Assembly (NCBI GenBank): GCA_038891095.1
Contig: JAWAEV010000001.1
Location: 318,705 to 382,704, forward strand
Direction: 5' to 3'
Origin: Candidatus Altiarchaeota archaeon
Lineage (GTDB): Archaea > Altiarchaeota > Altiarchaeia > IMC4 > QMZM01
DNA: 64,000 nt
Shown here: piece after piece, positions 51,115 through 60,231 of the stretch
Numbering within the stretch: position 1 is the stretch's first letter
Layout of the letters: each line of letters begins with the position of its first letter
Made by a program: the position numbers and the translations under genes
Notes under the pieces: model-generated
What the model was told of the DNA's origin: nothing
What the model saw: only the letters and a program-made list of their open reading frames with translations
The model's database searches: none

Positions 51115-52125
51115 TTAATTATCAAGTTTTATTTTTTTACCATTTTTAATAACAATTACTCCTCTCTCATGAATAACTTTACCAATTCTCATTATACCAT
51201 AGCCGCGAGAATACTTCATCAAAATTCTATTAGCATTTTTTTCATCTGCAATTATACAGAAGCCAACTCCCATATTAAAAGTTTGCAACATTTCCTTTAA
51301 TGAGATATTTCCAAATCTTTGTATTCTCTGAAAAACTTTTGGTGTTTTTGGTAGGTTATCTAAGATAAAACCAAAACTCGTTATCCTTTGCAAATTTCTG
51401 AAACCACCACCAGTTATATTAGCTAGTCCATTAACTTCGAACTCTTTTAAAATTTCTAAAATTAAGTTAGAATAAATTTTTGTTGGTTTTAATAGGTCTA
51501 TCTGCATATTTTCTGGAAGAACTTTTCTTGCTAAACTCAAACCATTTGAATGAATTCCAGATGATTTAACTCCAAGAACAATGTCATTAGGGGAAATTTT
51601 TCTACCGTCAATAACTTTTTCTTTCTTTACAACTCCTATAGCTGCTCCTGCTAAGTCAAAGCCCTTACCTTTAACACCTTTGATTATATCTGGAAGAGAA
51701 GCTGTTTCTCCACCAACAACCGCAATATTCGCAATTTTAGCTCCCTTATAAATACCTTTTGCTATCTCTTTTAGAATATTTTTGTCGACTTTTTCTAATG
51801 CAATATAATCAACCATTGCAACTGGCTCAGCACCTAAGCAAATTAAATCATTGACGAGCATTGCAACTAAGTCAATCCCTATAGTATCATATTTATCAAA
51901 TTTTTGAGCAATTAGAACTTTAGTGCCAACACCATCAGTTGTAAATGCAAGTAAATTTTCATTTCCTATGTCAATTAAATTTGCGAATGTTCCAATATCC
52001 AATTGAACTTCTCCAAATTTATCCCTCCTAAATTTAAAAGTTTTCTCAAGAATTTCCACTATGCTATCCTTTGAATCTTCCAACTTTGCTATGTTAACAC
52101 CTGCTTTTGCATATGTCATCTCCAT
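51115..52125 (-). CDS. purM: phosphoribosylformylglycinamidine cyclo-ligase
   Basis: TYAKAGV, TDGVGTK, GGETA, SSGIHSNG, TFNMG.GF. Confidence 0.97.
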   Translation of the reverse strand: MEMTYAKAGVNIAKLEDSKDSIVEILEKTFKFRRDKFGEVQLDIGTFANLIDIGNENLLAFTTDGVGTKVLIAQKFDKYDTIGIDLVAMLVNDLICLGAEPVAMVDYIALEKVDKNILKEIAKGIYKGAKIANIAVVGGETASLPDIIKGVKGKGFDLAGAAIGVVKKEKVIDGRKISPNDIVLGVKSSGIHSNGLSLARKVLPENMQIDLLKPTKIYSNLILEILKEFEVNGLANITGGGFRNLQRITSFGFILDNLPKTPKVFQRIQRFGNISLKEMLQTFNMGVGFCIIADEKNANRILMKYSRGYGIMRIGKVIHERGVIVIKNGKKIKLDN

Positions 52126-52139
52126 ACCATTATAACTTA

Positions 52140-52889
52140 TTAAAATTTCAAATTAAAGAATTCTATCGCATTTTTTGTTGTTATTTCAGTAACATTCTCA
52201 AGAGGAATTTTCTTTATCTCAGCAATTTTTTCTGCAGCGAATTTCACATTTGTTGGAACATTTCTTGTCTTTGGAATTGGAGAAAGGAACGGAGCATCAG
52301 TTTCAATTACAATTTTTTCAATTGGAATTTTCTCAGCCAAAATTTTTTTATTTTTTGAGTAAACAATACTTGTTGGAATTGAGATGATACAACCAATTTT
52401 TATTGCTTCATTCGCTAATTCAACAGAGCCACTAAAGCAATGCATCATGGCTTTTATATTCTCTTCCTTCAGAACTTCTATAACATCTTTCTCAGCATCT
52501 CTTGAGTGAATAACCATAGGTAAAGAGAGTTCCTTAGCTAATGATATGAACTTCTGAAAATTTTCCATTTCTAATTTTTTCTTTTCATTATCCTTCACCC
52601 AATAGTAATCCAAACCGACCTCGCCTATAGCAACAATTCTCTTTTTATACTTCTTTATCAACTTTATAGTTTCATCTATTTTTTTGCTATTAAATTCATC
52701 TGCTGCAAAACCAAAACTTGCAAAAATATTTTTATGCTTTTCTAAAATTCTTATAGTCTTTTTAATACTTTCAGGGCCAAGTGCGGAAGTTATAATGAAA
52801 ATTTCTTCAGATTTTGCTTTTTCAATTACTTTATCTCTGTCATTATCAAATTGCTCAAAATCTAAATGGGCATGTACATCAATGAGCAT
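52140..52889 (-). CDS. tatD: TatD-family deoxyribonuclease
   Basis: DVHAHL, IGEVGLD, IHSR, HCFSG, ETDAPF. Confidence 0.95.
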   Translation of the reverse strand: MLIDVHAHLDFEQFDNDRDKVIEKAKSEEIFIITSALGPESIKKTIRILEKHKNIFASFGFAADEFNSKKIDETIKLIKKYKKRIVAIGEVGLDYYWVKDNEKKKLEMENFQKFISLAKELSLPMVIHSRDAEKDVIEVLKEENIKAMMHCFSGSVELANEAIKIGCIISIPTSIVYSKNKKILAEKIPIEKIVIETDAPFLSPIPKTRNVPTNVKFAAEKIAEIKKIPLENVTEITTKNAIEFFNLKF

Positions 52890-52890
52890 T

Positions 52891-53559
52891 TTACTTTAAA
52901 ATTTTTCCTGTTTTTGTATACCACATATAGAGATCTAATTCTGCTAAGCTCATATTCAATTTTTTTGCAATATAACTAAGAATTTTTTCAATTTCAATAT
53001 ATCCTCTCTTTGTTAAATTCTTTGGTTTTTCATTTATTATGTTATATTCAAAAAGCAAATTCAATATATGTCTGTCTATAATTGCAATTTCCTTGTAACC
53101 AATATTTCTCAAAAAATGACTTGCCTCTTTATAGCCCAACCCTTTTATATTTTTAACTAAAAATTCTCTCGCTTCCTCAGCTTTTAAATTTTTTAATTTT
53201 TCATTTATATCAAAATGATCTCTTGCAAGACATATATATTTTGCTCTTTGTGGATAGAATCTATGTCCTTTTTCTTTAAGAGATTCTCTCAGCTTTTTTT
53301 CAGAAAAATTAAGAAATCCGAATCCCTTTTTCTCATCTGATAGTTCCTCTTGTATAGAAAGCGCTCTATCTGCTCTCCAATTTGCTGTTAGGATACAAAA
53401 ACATAACTCGGAAAAGACAAGTTTTTTACTCTTACCAATATTTTTAAATTCAGTGATTCTTCTTCTAACTAAATCTCTTAAATTTTCATCTCTTTCTAAA
53501 TTTTTAATTCTCTCAATAAGTTTTTTAACATTAGCTTTACTAAATTTAATATTCTTCAC
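52891..53559 (-). CDS. ogg: 8-oxoguanine N-glycosylase/DNA lyase (Ogg2 type)
   Basis: [14 protein letters not shown]...[25 protein letters not shown], terminal GKILK. Confidence 0.95.
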   Translation of the reverse strand: MKNIKFSKANVKKLIERIKNLERDENLRDLVRRRITEFKNIGKSKKLVFSELCFCILTANWRADRALSIQEELSDEKKGFGFLNFSEKKLRESLKEKGHRFYPQRAKYICLARDHFDINEKLKNLKAEEAREFLVKNIKGLGYKEASHFLRNIGYKEIAIIDRHILNLLFEYNIINEKPKNLTKRGYIEIEKILSYIAKKLNMSLAELDLYMWYTKTGKILK

Positions 53560-54124
53560 ACTTTATCTCAAAATAATTTTTGCTGTGATGACAAGAAGGA
53601 CATTTTTCTGGCGGTTCTTCACCAAAATGTACATAGCCACACTCTCTACAAACCCAAAAAACTTTCTTTTCTTTTTTAAAGAAAGTCCCTGCTTCTATCT
53701 GATCTAAAATTTTCTTGTATCTCTCTTCATGATGTTTTTCAGCAATTGCAATTGCTCTTAATCTTTTAGCAATCTCTCCATAACCTTCTTTTTCTGCAAT
53801 ATCGGCAAATTCAGGATACATCTTTGTATACTCATAATTCTCCCCAGCAATTGCTGCTTTTAGATTTTCAACAGTGCTACCAATTGTTATTGGCACTACG
53901 GCACTAACTTTAATTTCATCTATAGCTCTGCTCTTTTCTTTCAACTCATTAATCGAGTTAAAAAGAAAACTTGCATGCTCTCTTTCATTTTCTGCAGTAA
54001 TTAGAAAAATTTCAGAAACTTTCTCAAAACCCTCTTTTTTTGCAATTTTTGCGTATAAAGTATAACGATTTCTTGCTTGGCTCTCCCCAATAAATGCCTT
54101 TGCTAAATTTTCAATCGTTTTCAT
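53546..54124 (-). CDS. rbr: rubrerythrin
   Basis: [20 protein letters not shown]...MY, E..H, C..CG...CP.C. Confidence 0.97.
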   Translation of the reverse strand: MKTIENLAKAFIGESQARNRYTLYAKIAKKEGFEKVSEIFLITAENEREHASFLFNSINELKEKSRAIDEIKVSAVVPITIGSTVENLKAAIAGENYEYTKMYPEFADIAEKEGYGEIAKRLRAIAIAEKHHEERYKKILDQIEAGTFFKKEKKVFWVCRECGYVHFGEEPPEKCPSCHHSKNYFEIKCEEY

Positions 54125-54143
54125 TTTTCAAAATATAATTAAA

Positions 54144-54158
54144 GTATACTTTTTATAT
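54144..54158. promoter_or_regulatory. GTATA-N5-TATAT operator-like site overlapping the rubrerythrin promoter
   Basis: GTATActtttTATAT, 19 bp upstream of the rbr start. Confidence 0.5.
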
Positions 54159-54170
54159 CTCAGTCTATAT

Positions 54171-55475
54171 TTAAAAATTATCTTTTAGAATAAGATAGAT
54201 GTCGTTTAATGCAAGTTCACTCTGTAGAGGTTTACATTCATTTTTAATTTTTTCATAAGTCTCGCTTTTAATTAAATTCTGAAACTCGATTTTTAAATTT
54301 TTACAGGCAATCTCCAAAGCTTTATAACTCTCAGAATCATATCTCAAAAAGCAAAAAATTTTCTTGTAAGAATTTTTATGTGCTCTCAAATAATTCGCAA
54401 TTCTCTTAGATGTAACTTCAATGTACCTTTTTTTTATTTCCTTAGTCTCTAATTTTTCATCCCAGTCATATGCATTAAAAGGATAAAAATTTTCAAATTC
54501 TATTGGGACTACCCCAGGAGAAGAGATAAAAACCTCGTGGATTTTTTCATAGTTCCGCAATCTTTTCAATACACTTGAAATTTTTTTATGAGTATCTGAT
54601 AAAGAGTATGGCTTTTTATATGAGCACGGTAAAAAAAGTAAAATTTTTTTTTCTTTTGGAGGATTATACCACCTTTGTAAATAATCCTGCCATACTTCAT
54701 AGAATGGGTTTGTTAAATATTCCTCAGAAACTCCAATTAATGGTTTTTGTAATTCTTTTGGAAATCTTGGAAAAAAATGAAATGTTTCTGGATCTATCTC
54801 AATATTCTTCTCCTTTGTATACTCTTGCGTTATTTTGTAAAATTCTTCCTTTGAAAGAAAATTCCATTCACCTTTAAGCCACATTTCTATAAGTTCAGAA
54901 TTTTTATGCGGCAGTAAATTTATCAAAACAATTGAATCTGAAAATTTTTTTGCATATTCTACAGAAGTTCTAAGGGATTTTTCTACATTTTTTACAAAAG
55001 GTAAATTAACTAACAAATATGTTCTTAGCTTTGCTCCAGAACTATGGATAATTTTTTCAGCATTTTCAAAGTCCTTTAGAGAAAAACCTTTCTTTAATTT
55101 TCTGAGAATTTTATCATCAGCTATCTCTAAACCAATAGCAACAGTTAGTGATAACCCACAAAAATCAGACAAATTTTCTTTTGTTATAAATTCTGGCCTT
55201 GATTCAATAGTTATCCTTTCTATATTGCGCTTTTTACATTTATCTATGAAATACTTTCTCGCTTTCTTAGGAATTTGCCTTTCATCTAAAAAACTTCCTG
55301 AGCCAAAAATTTTTATTTCATCCGCTCTGCTATCAAGTCTTTCAAAAAAATCATCAAATTTCTTTTTTAAATTTTCAAAAGTTGGAGTTACACCTATAAT
55401 TTTTCCATAACCGCAGAAGATACATTTATGCCAAGAGCATTGCCCAGAATTAAGGACCATCACAGCAGTTGACAT
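54171..55475 (-). CDS. fusion of archaeosine radical-SAM RaSEA-like domain and ArcS-type DUF5591 domain
   Basis: N-terminal CSWHKCIFCGY, KIFGSGSFLD, ESRPEFI, AIGLE; C-terminal PCSYKKPYSLSDTH (PCx3KPYx2Sx2H) and SSPGVVP.E....YP...YD. Confidence 0.82.
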   Translation of the reverse strand: MSTAVMVLNSGQCSWHKCIFCGYGKIIGVTPTFENLKKKFDDFFERLDSRADEIKIFGSGSFLDERQIPKKARKYFIDKCKKRNIERITIESRPEFITKENLSDFCGLSLTVAIGLEIADDKILRKLKKGFSLKDFENAEKIIHSSGAKLRTYLLVNLPFVKNVEKSLRTSVEYAKKFSDSIVLINLLPHKNSELIEMWLKGEWNFLSKEEFYKITQEYTKEKNIEIDPETFHFFPRFPKELQKPLIGVSEEYLTNPFYEVWQDYLQRWYNPPKEKKILLFLPCSYKKPYSLSDTHKKISSVLKRLRNYEKIHEVFISSPGVVPIEFENFYPFNAYDWDEKLETKEIKKRYIEVTSKRIANYLRAHKNSYKKIFCFLRYDSESYKALEIACKNLKIEFQNLIKSETYEKIKNECKPLQSELALNDIYLILKDNF

Positions 55476-55479
55476 CTTA

Positions 55480-56931
55480 TCAATAGGTACCTTTCATCAT
55501 CTTTTGCTCTTCTCTTATCCTTTCCAGTTCTTCTCTTATCTTTCTAACTTTTTCTTCCTCTTCCTCAATTTTAACTTTTTCAAGCGCACTCTTTGTGAGT
55601 TCTAATAACTTTCCACCAAAAATTTGAGTACGAATTTTCACAAGACCTTCCTTCTCTAAATCCTTTGCAAGTTTATTTATTGTCCGCTCGTCAGTATTTA
55701 AAGCTTTAATTGCATCTTCAAATTTCATAGTTTTCTTGCTTTTAAGTAAATTGAAAAGGTCTTCTTTTGTTTTCTCACTTAGGCTTCTCTCTTCTTTCTC
55801 TTTTTCCTCTTTTTCAATTTCCTCAACAGATGGAATTTCAACTATTTCATTAGTAGCAACAGAGGTAGCTGCTGATTCTTTCGTTTTTTCATCTAAAGCT
55901 ACAGGAATCTCTTCAGAAAATCTTTTTTCTGGAGTTACTTCAAGTTGCTTTTCTTCTTTAATTTCAACCTTTTCTTCAGGTAAAATTTTCTTTAAAAGTT
56001 CTTCTTCCCGCAATTTCTCCGCTGTAGATTCAATTTTTTTAGATATTTCAGAAAGCTTCTCCTTATCCTCTTTAGTTTGAGTTACAAGCTCTTTTATCTT
56101 CTCTTCCTCAACCTTCTCTTCTTTTAGTTTTTCTTCCTCTGGAATTTCTTCTTTTTCATGAACTTCAGGTACCTTAATCTTTTCAACTTTTTCTTCCTCA
56201 GTGAAAAGAAATCTCAAGTCTTCTTCCCTATCTTTTATCCTTCTTTCTTCTTCTTCAAACAATTTTCTTAGCTTATTTACTTCCTTTTTTATTAGATTTT
56301 CGTTCTCATTGAGTTTAATCTCTCTGAATTTCAACTCCTCAGCTTTTCTCTTTAATTCATATTCCTTCTCCTCAATTTTTTCTTCTCTTATGCGCAATTC
56401 TCTTTCTTTCTCTGAAAGCTCAGCTTCTTTCTCATAAACTCTCTTTTCTCTTTCAATAATTTCTTTCTCTTTTTTTTCAACACCCTTTTCTCTGCTTAGT
56501 AACTCTAACTCAATTCTTTTAAGTTCATCTCTTTTGCTTTCAATTTCCTCTCTCTTCGTTTTACTTTCTTTATCTAAATCTACCTTTTCTTTTCTAATTT
56601 TTTTAGCTTCTACCTCTTTTTCTTTCTTTTCGATTTTTTTCTCTCTCTCTGAAAGCTCTTTTTCTCTTTCATCTAAAGTTTTCTTTTGCTCTTCAACACT
56701 CTTCCTGAGTTTCTCAACCTCTAATCTCAATTTTTCAATATCTTTTTTACTTTCCTCTATTTCTTTAGCAGTCTTTTCTAACTCTTCAGACTTTTTTTTA
56801 AGCTCAAACTCATCACCAAAAAATAGCTCAAGTTCTTTTGCCTCCTCCTGCAATTCTTGTTCTCTTTTCTTTAGTTCTTCTTCCCATTTCTTTAGTTCTT
56901 CTTCACTTTTTATCTTATTTTCTTCTTCCAT
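55480..56931 (-). CDS. long E/K-rich coiled-coil protein with C-terminal winged helix
   Basis: ~250 aa of heptad repeats, acidic linker, then K..MKFEDAIKAL......I..LAK.LEKEGLV.I. Confidence 0.7.
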   Translation of the reverse strand: MEEENKIKSEEELKKWEEELKKREQELQEEAKELELFFGDEFELKKKSEELEKTAKEIEESKKDIEKLRLEVEKLRKSVEEQKKTLDEREKELSEREKKIEKKEKEVEAKKIRKEKVDLDKESKTKREEIESKRDELKRIELELLSREKGVEKKEKEIIEREKRVYEKEAELSEKERELRIREEKIEEKEYELKRKAEELKFREIKLNENENLIKKEVNKLRKLFEEEERRIKDREEDLRFLFTEEEKVEKIKVPEVHEKEEIPEEEKLKEEKVEEEKIKELVTQTKEDKEKLSEISKKIESTAEKLREEELLKKILPEEKVEIKEEKQLEVTPEKRFSEEIPVALDEKTKESAATSVATNEIVEIPSVEEIEKEEKEKEERSLSEKTKEDLFNLLKSKKTMKFEDAIKALNTDERTINKLAKDLEKEGLVKIRTQIFGGKLLELTKSALEKVKIEEEEEKVRKIREELERIREEQKMMKGTY

Positions 56932-56959
56932 ACCATATTAAAATAGGTTTTTATTCTTT

Positions 56960-59173
56960 TTATACTTTTTTGTATGAAGATTTTATAACTTTTCTTATAT
57001 TTTCGGCCTTTACTTTGCCTATGCCATCAACTTTCATTAGCTCTTCCTCAGAGGCATTTATAACATTTTCAACTGAGCCAAATTTCTCAAGTAATCTCCT
57101 TGCTAAAACAGCAGATATATTTGGGAGTGATTCAACAACATATAATTGTTGCTCTTCTAAGGACAATGGTTTTTTCTCCCCATGTAGTGGAATTGGCTTA
57201 ATTTCAGGAAATTGCTCTCTTTTTGCTATTAAGAGAAGAAAATTTGCAGTATCCTCCTCATCTTTTGAGTATAAAATGTAGGTACCATAATCTAAAGCCA
57301 ATGATGTTATTGCACCACGGATTGCATTCGGGTGCAATTCTCTTAATGAATAAATTTCTGAGTCGCCTTCGATAATAAGTATTGCTATTGGAAAATTCCT
57401 TGTCATATCTGCGACTTGGGAGAAAAGTCTCTTGTCAATGATTGATTGTAAAAAATCCTTAACTGTTTTTCTTTCGACACAAACTCTCTCACTAAGGATA
57501 AAATCTCCAACTTGTAAACTTCTTATCTCAATTTCAGCATTTTCATTTAGAATTTCGAAAATTCTTGAATTTCTCTCACGAGAGTCAACAAAAATTTTAA
57601 CTTTTTTCTCATTTTCATTTGAATTTTCATTGCTATACTTAAGCAAACTTTGCTGTCCTGTAAAGCTAAAGCTTTCTTTCATTTTTCTTACCAGCTCTTT
57701 CATTTTTCTTTCTTTATGATAACTCGCCCATAAATAACTTTCATCTCTTGTTTTTTTAGCAATTAATATAATCACCTTCCCTGCTTTTGTTCTTCCTGTT
57801 CTGCCACGCCTTTGTATTGCTCTTATTTCTGAAGGTATAGGCTCATAAAAAATAACAAAGTCAACTCTTGGGATATCTAAACCTTCTTCAGCAACTGAAG
57901 TTGCAACAAGAGCATCATACTTCCCATTTTTAAAATTTTCTAAAATTTTTATCTGCTCTTTTTGAGACATGCCCTTTTTTTCACCCTTAGTTGCTTGGCC
58001 AATAAAATCCCTTGCGAATAAGTTGCTTTCATTTAGACTTTCGATTATCTTCTCAACAGAGTCGCGATATTGAGTAAAAATTAATATCTTTTTACCTTTA
58101 TTTGCAGAAACAATTTTTTTCAGTTCCTCAAGTTTTGGATGGTCAACCTTTAAGATATGTAGATCATGGACAATTTTTGTTAAATTTTTAATTCTTTCAT
58201 CAGAGAAAATTCTTTTTATTGCTTTTGTCCTTTGTTTTTGTAATCTTTCTAAGTAATTACAAAGAGAAGAAATTCCCTGTGTTTCTAAAAGTTCAAGGGC
58301 ATGACTTAGCTTTAATGCAGACGCAACTATTGACGCTTGATCGAAAGAGTCCATGCCTTGAGAAATCTCTTTTCTTATTTTTGATTGCACTTCAAGAAGC
58401 AATCTCTTATTAACCTTCTTTAGTTCAGATGTTGTGATATATGAAAATTTTTTCAACTCATTCAAATTTTCCTTTAGAATTTCTTCAATAATTTTCTTAA
58501 CTTTCAAAAATTCCTCTGGGAGTTCAACATAACGAAATTCTATTTTTGTTTTTTGTATATATGGTTTAACATCATGATCAGTCTCAGTTCTTGCCTCAAC
58601 TTGTTCTATAAACAAATTTTTGCAAATTTCATTTATAGTAGTAATATCACTAGAAGGTGATGCTGTCAGAGCAAGAATCAGAGCATTCTTTGATTTTTTT
58701 ATATACTCTTTGGCAATAGAAACATATGAGTAATTACCAACAGCTCTATGAGCCTCATCAAAAATTACCAATGAGAAATTCTCTAAGCTTAAACCACGGA
58801 AAATCTCATTTTCTATTGTCTGAGGAGTTGCAAAAATAACTTTACTTTTATTTAAAATTTCTTCCCTATTTTTTATTGGTACTATACCCGTGAGAACGCT
58901 ATCTTCTGTTATTGGAAAATTGAAAATTTCTGAAAAAGTCTTTCTATGCTGCACAGCTAATGGCTTTGTTGGAGCTAAAAACAAAATTTTAGATTCAGGA
59001 AAATTTTGCAACCTATGAGCTGAAACCATTGCTGCAATTATCGTCTTACCTAAGCCTGTTGGTAAAACAACTAAAGTATTTTTGTTTATAGCTAAAGAAA
59101 CAATTGATTCTTGATAGCTTCTTAGATTTACAGAATTTTCCTTTATTAGAGGATGTCTAACAAACATTCTCAA
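56960..59173 (-). CDS. hef: Hef (FANCM-like DEAH helicase + ERCC4 nuclease)
   Basis: LPTGLGKT, DEAH, QRRGRTGR, VDSRE, GDF...VERKT, HhH repeats. Confidence 0.96.
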   Translation of the reverse strand: MRMFVRHPLIKENSVNLRSYQESIVSLAINKNTLVVLPTGLGKTIIAAMVSAHRLQNFPESKILFLAPTKPLAVQHRKTFSEIFNFPITEDSVLTGIVPIKNREEILNKSKVIFATPQTIENEIFRGLSLENFSLVIFDEAHRAVGNYSYVSIAKEYIKKSKNALILALTASPSSDITTINEICKNLFIEQVEARTETDHDVKPYIQKTKIEFRYVELPEEFLKVKKIIEEILKENLNELKKFSYITTSELKKVNKRLLLEVQSKIRKEISQGMDSFDQASIVASALKLSHALELLETQGISSLCNYLERLQKQRTKAIKRIFSDERIKNLTKIVHDLHILKVDHPKLEELKKIVSANKGKKILIFTQYRDSVEKIIESLNESNLFARDFIGQATKGEKKGMSQKEQIKILENFKNGKYDALVATSVAEEGLDIPRVDFVIFYEPIPSEIRAIQRRGRTGRTKAGKVIILIAKKTRDESYLWASYHKERKMKELVRKMKESFSFTGQQSLLKYSNENSNENEKKVKIFVDSRERNSRIFEILNENAEIEIRSLQVGDFILSERVCVERKTVKDFLQSIIDKRLFSQVADMTRNFPIAILIIEGDSEIYSLRELHPNAIRGAITSLALDYGTYILYSKDEEDTANFLLLIAKREQFPEIKPIPLHGEKKPLSLEEQQLYVVESLPNISAVLARRLLEKFGSVENVINASEEELMKVDGIGKVKAENIRKVIKSSYKKV

Positions 59174-59322
59174 TAATAAATTTGAATCTCTTACTCTTTA
59201 TTTGCTAAATGAGGATAAATTTTGTGTTTTTATAAATTTGTTATAGCAAAATATTGGTTTGCATGGAGGTATGTAAGTTAGCCCACTACATAAAAAAATA
59301 AGAATTCTTTTAGGAGATTAGT

Positions 59323-59420
59323 TAGCCCCGGCAGGATTCGAACCTGCGTCTTCGGGTATCTCCAAATTTTATTTTTAACTCTCCAAAGCCCGACAGATTT
59401 GGCCGCTGTCCTACGGGGCT
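59323..59420 (-). tRNA. tRNA-Gln(TTG) with 25-nt intron (59358-59382)
   Basis: AGCCCCG/CGGGGCT acceptor with the A1-U72 pair typical of archaeal tRNA-Gln; TCGGG-CT-TTG-G[intron]A-CCCGA; GCAGG-TTCGAAT-CCTGC. Confidence 0.92.
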
Positions 59421-59424
59421 ATCA

Positions 59425-59497
59425 TGCGTCCGCCGGGATTTGAACCCGGGTAACAAGCTTGGAAGGCTTGTGTCCTACCAGGCTAGACTACAGACGC
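59425..59497 (-). tRNA. tRNA-Gly(TCC)
   Basis: GCGTCTG/CGGACGC, CAAGC-CT-TCC-AA-GCTTG, CCGGG-TTCAAAT-CCCGG. Confidence 0.96.
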
Positions 59498-59553
59498 TCC
59501 TATTATATACTAAAGTATAAATAAATTATAAACAAAAAAATTATGAAAAAAAT

Positions 59554-60231
59554 ATGAAAATGAGGCCCATTGTTGTGATAAATTTTAAGACATATAAAGA
59601 ATCCACTGGGGAACTTGGATTAAAACTCGCTAAGATTTGTGATGATACTGCGAAAGAGTATAAATTAGATATTTTCATTGCACCACAAGTTTCTGATATC
59701 TACAGAATTTCAAAAAATGTGAAAATTCCTGTATTTGCTCAACATATTGACGCTATTTCATATGGCTCAAACACAGGGCATGTACTTGCAGAAGCTATAA
59801 AAGAAGCTGGTGCCTCTGGGAGTTTGATAAATCATTCAGAAAAGAGACTAACTTTAGCAGATATTGAATTTTGTGTTAGGAAGTTGAAAGAACTTTCAAT
59901 GAGCTCAATAGTATGCAGCAATAACATTGAAACCACAAAAGCTATAGCTGCTCTTGAGCCTGATTTTGTAGCAATTGAACCACCTGAATTAATTGGTTCA
60001 GGTATACCAGTTTCAAAGGCTCAACCAGATATTGTCTCTAATGCTGTTGACGCTGCCAGAGAGGTATCAAAAAAAGTCAAAATTTTATGTGGTGCTGGCA
60101 TAAGCACTTGGGAGGATCTAAAAGCAGCTATTGATTTAGGCACAGATGGAGTTTTACTAGCATCAGGAATAGTAAAAGCAAAGGATCAAAAAAATGCTCT
60201 GTTAAATCTAATTGGACCATTAAAAAATTAA
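59554..60231 (+). CDS. tpiA: triosephosphate isomerase (archaeal type)
   Basis: INFKTY, AQHID, NHSE, EPPELIG, CGAGI, GVLLAS. Confidence 0.97.
   Translation: MKMRPIVVINFKTYKESTGELGLKLAKICDDTAKEYKLDIFIAPQVSDIYRISKNVKIPVFAQHIDAISYGSNTGHVLAEAIKEAGASGSLINHSEKRLTLADIEFCVRKLKELSMSSIVCSNNIETTKAIAALEPDFVAIEPPELIGSGIPVSKAQPDIVSNAVDAAREVSKKVKILCGAGISTWEDLKAAIDLGTDGVLLASGIVKAKDQKNALLNLIGPLKN

Noticed and set aside
55480-56931. Repetitive CT-rich DNA as possible CRISPR or tandem repeat
   Set aside because: Low complexity comes from E/K codons; no fixed-length repeat-spacer pattern.
59506-59519. TATACTAAAGTATA palindrome upstream of tRNA-Gly
   Set aside because: Opposite polarity and different spacing from GTATA-N5-TATAC; probably promoter composition.
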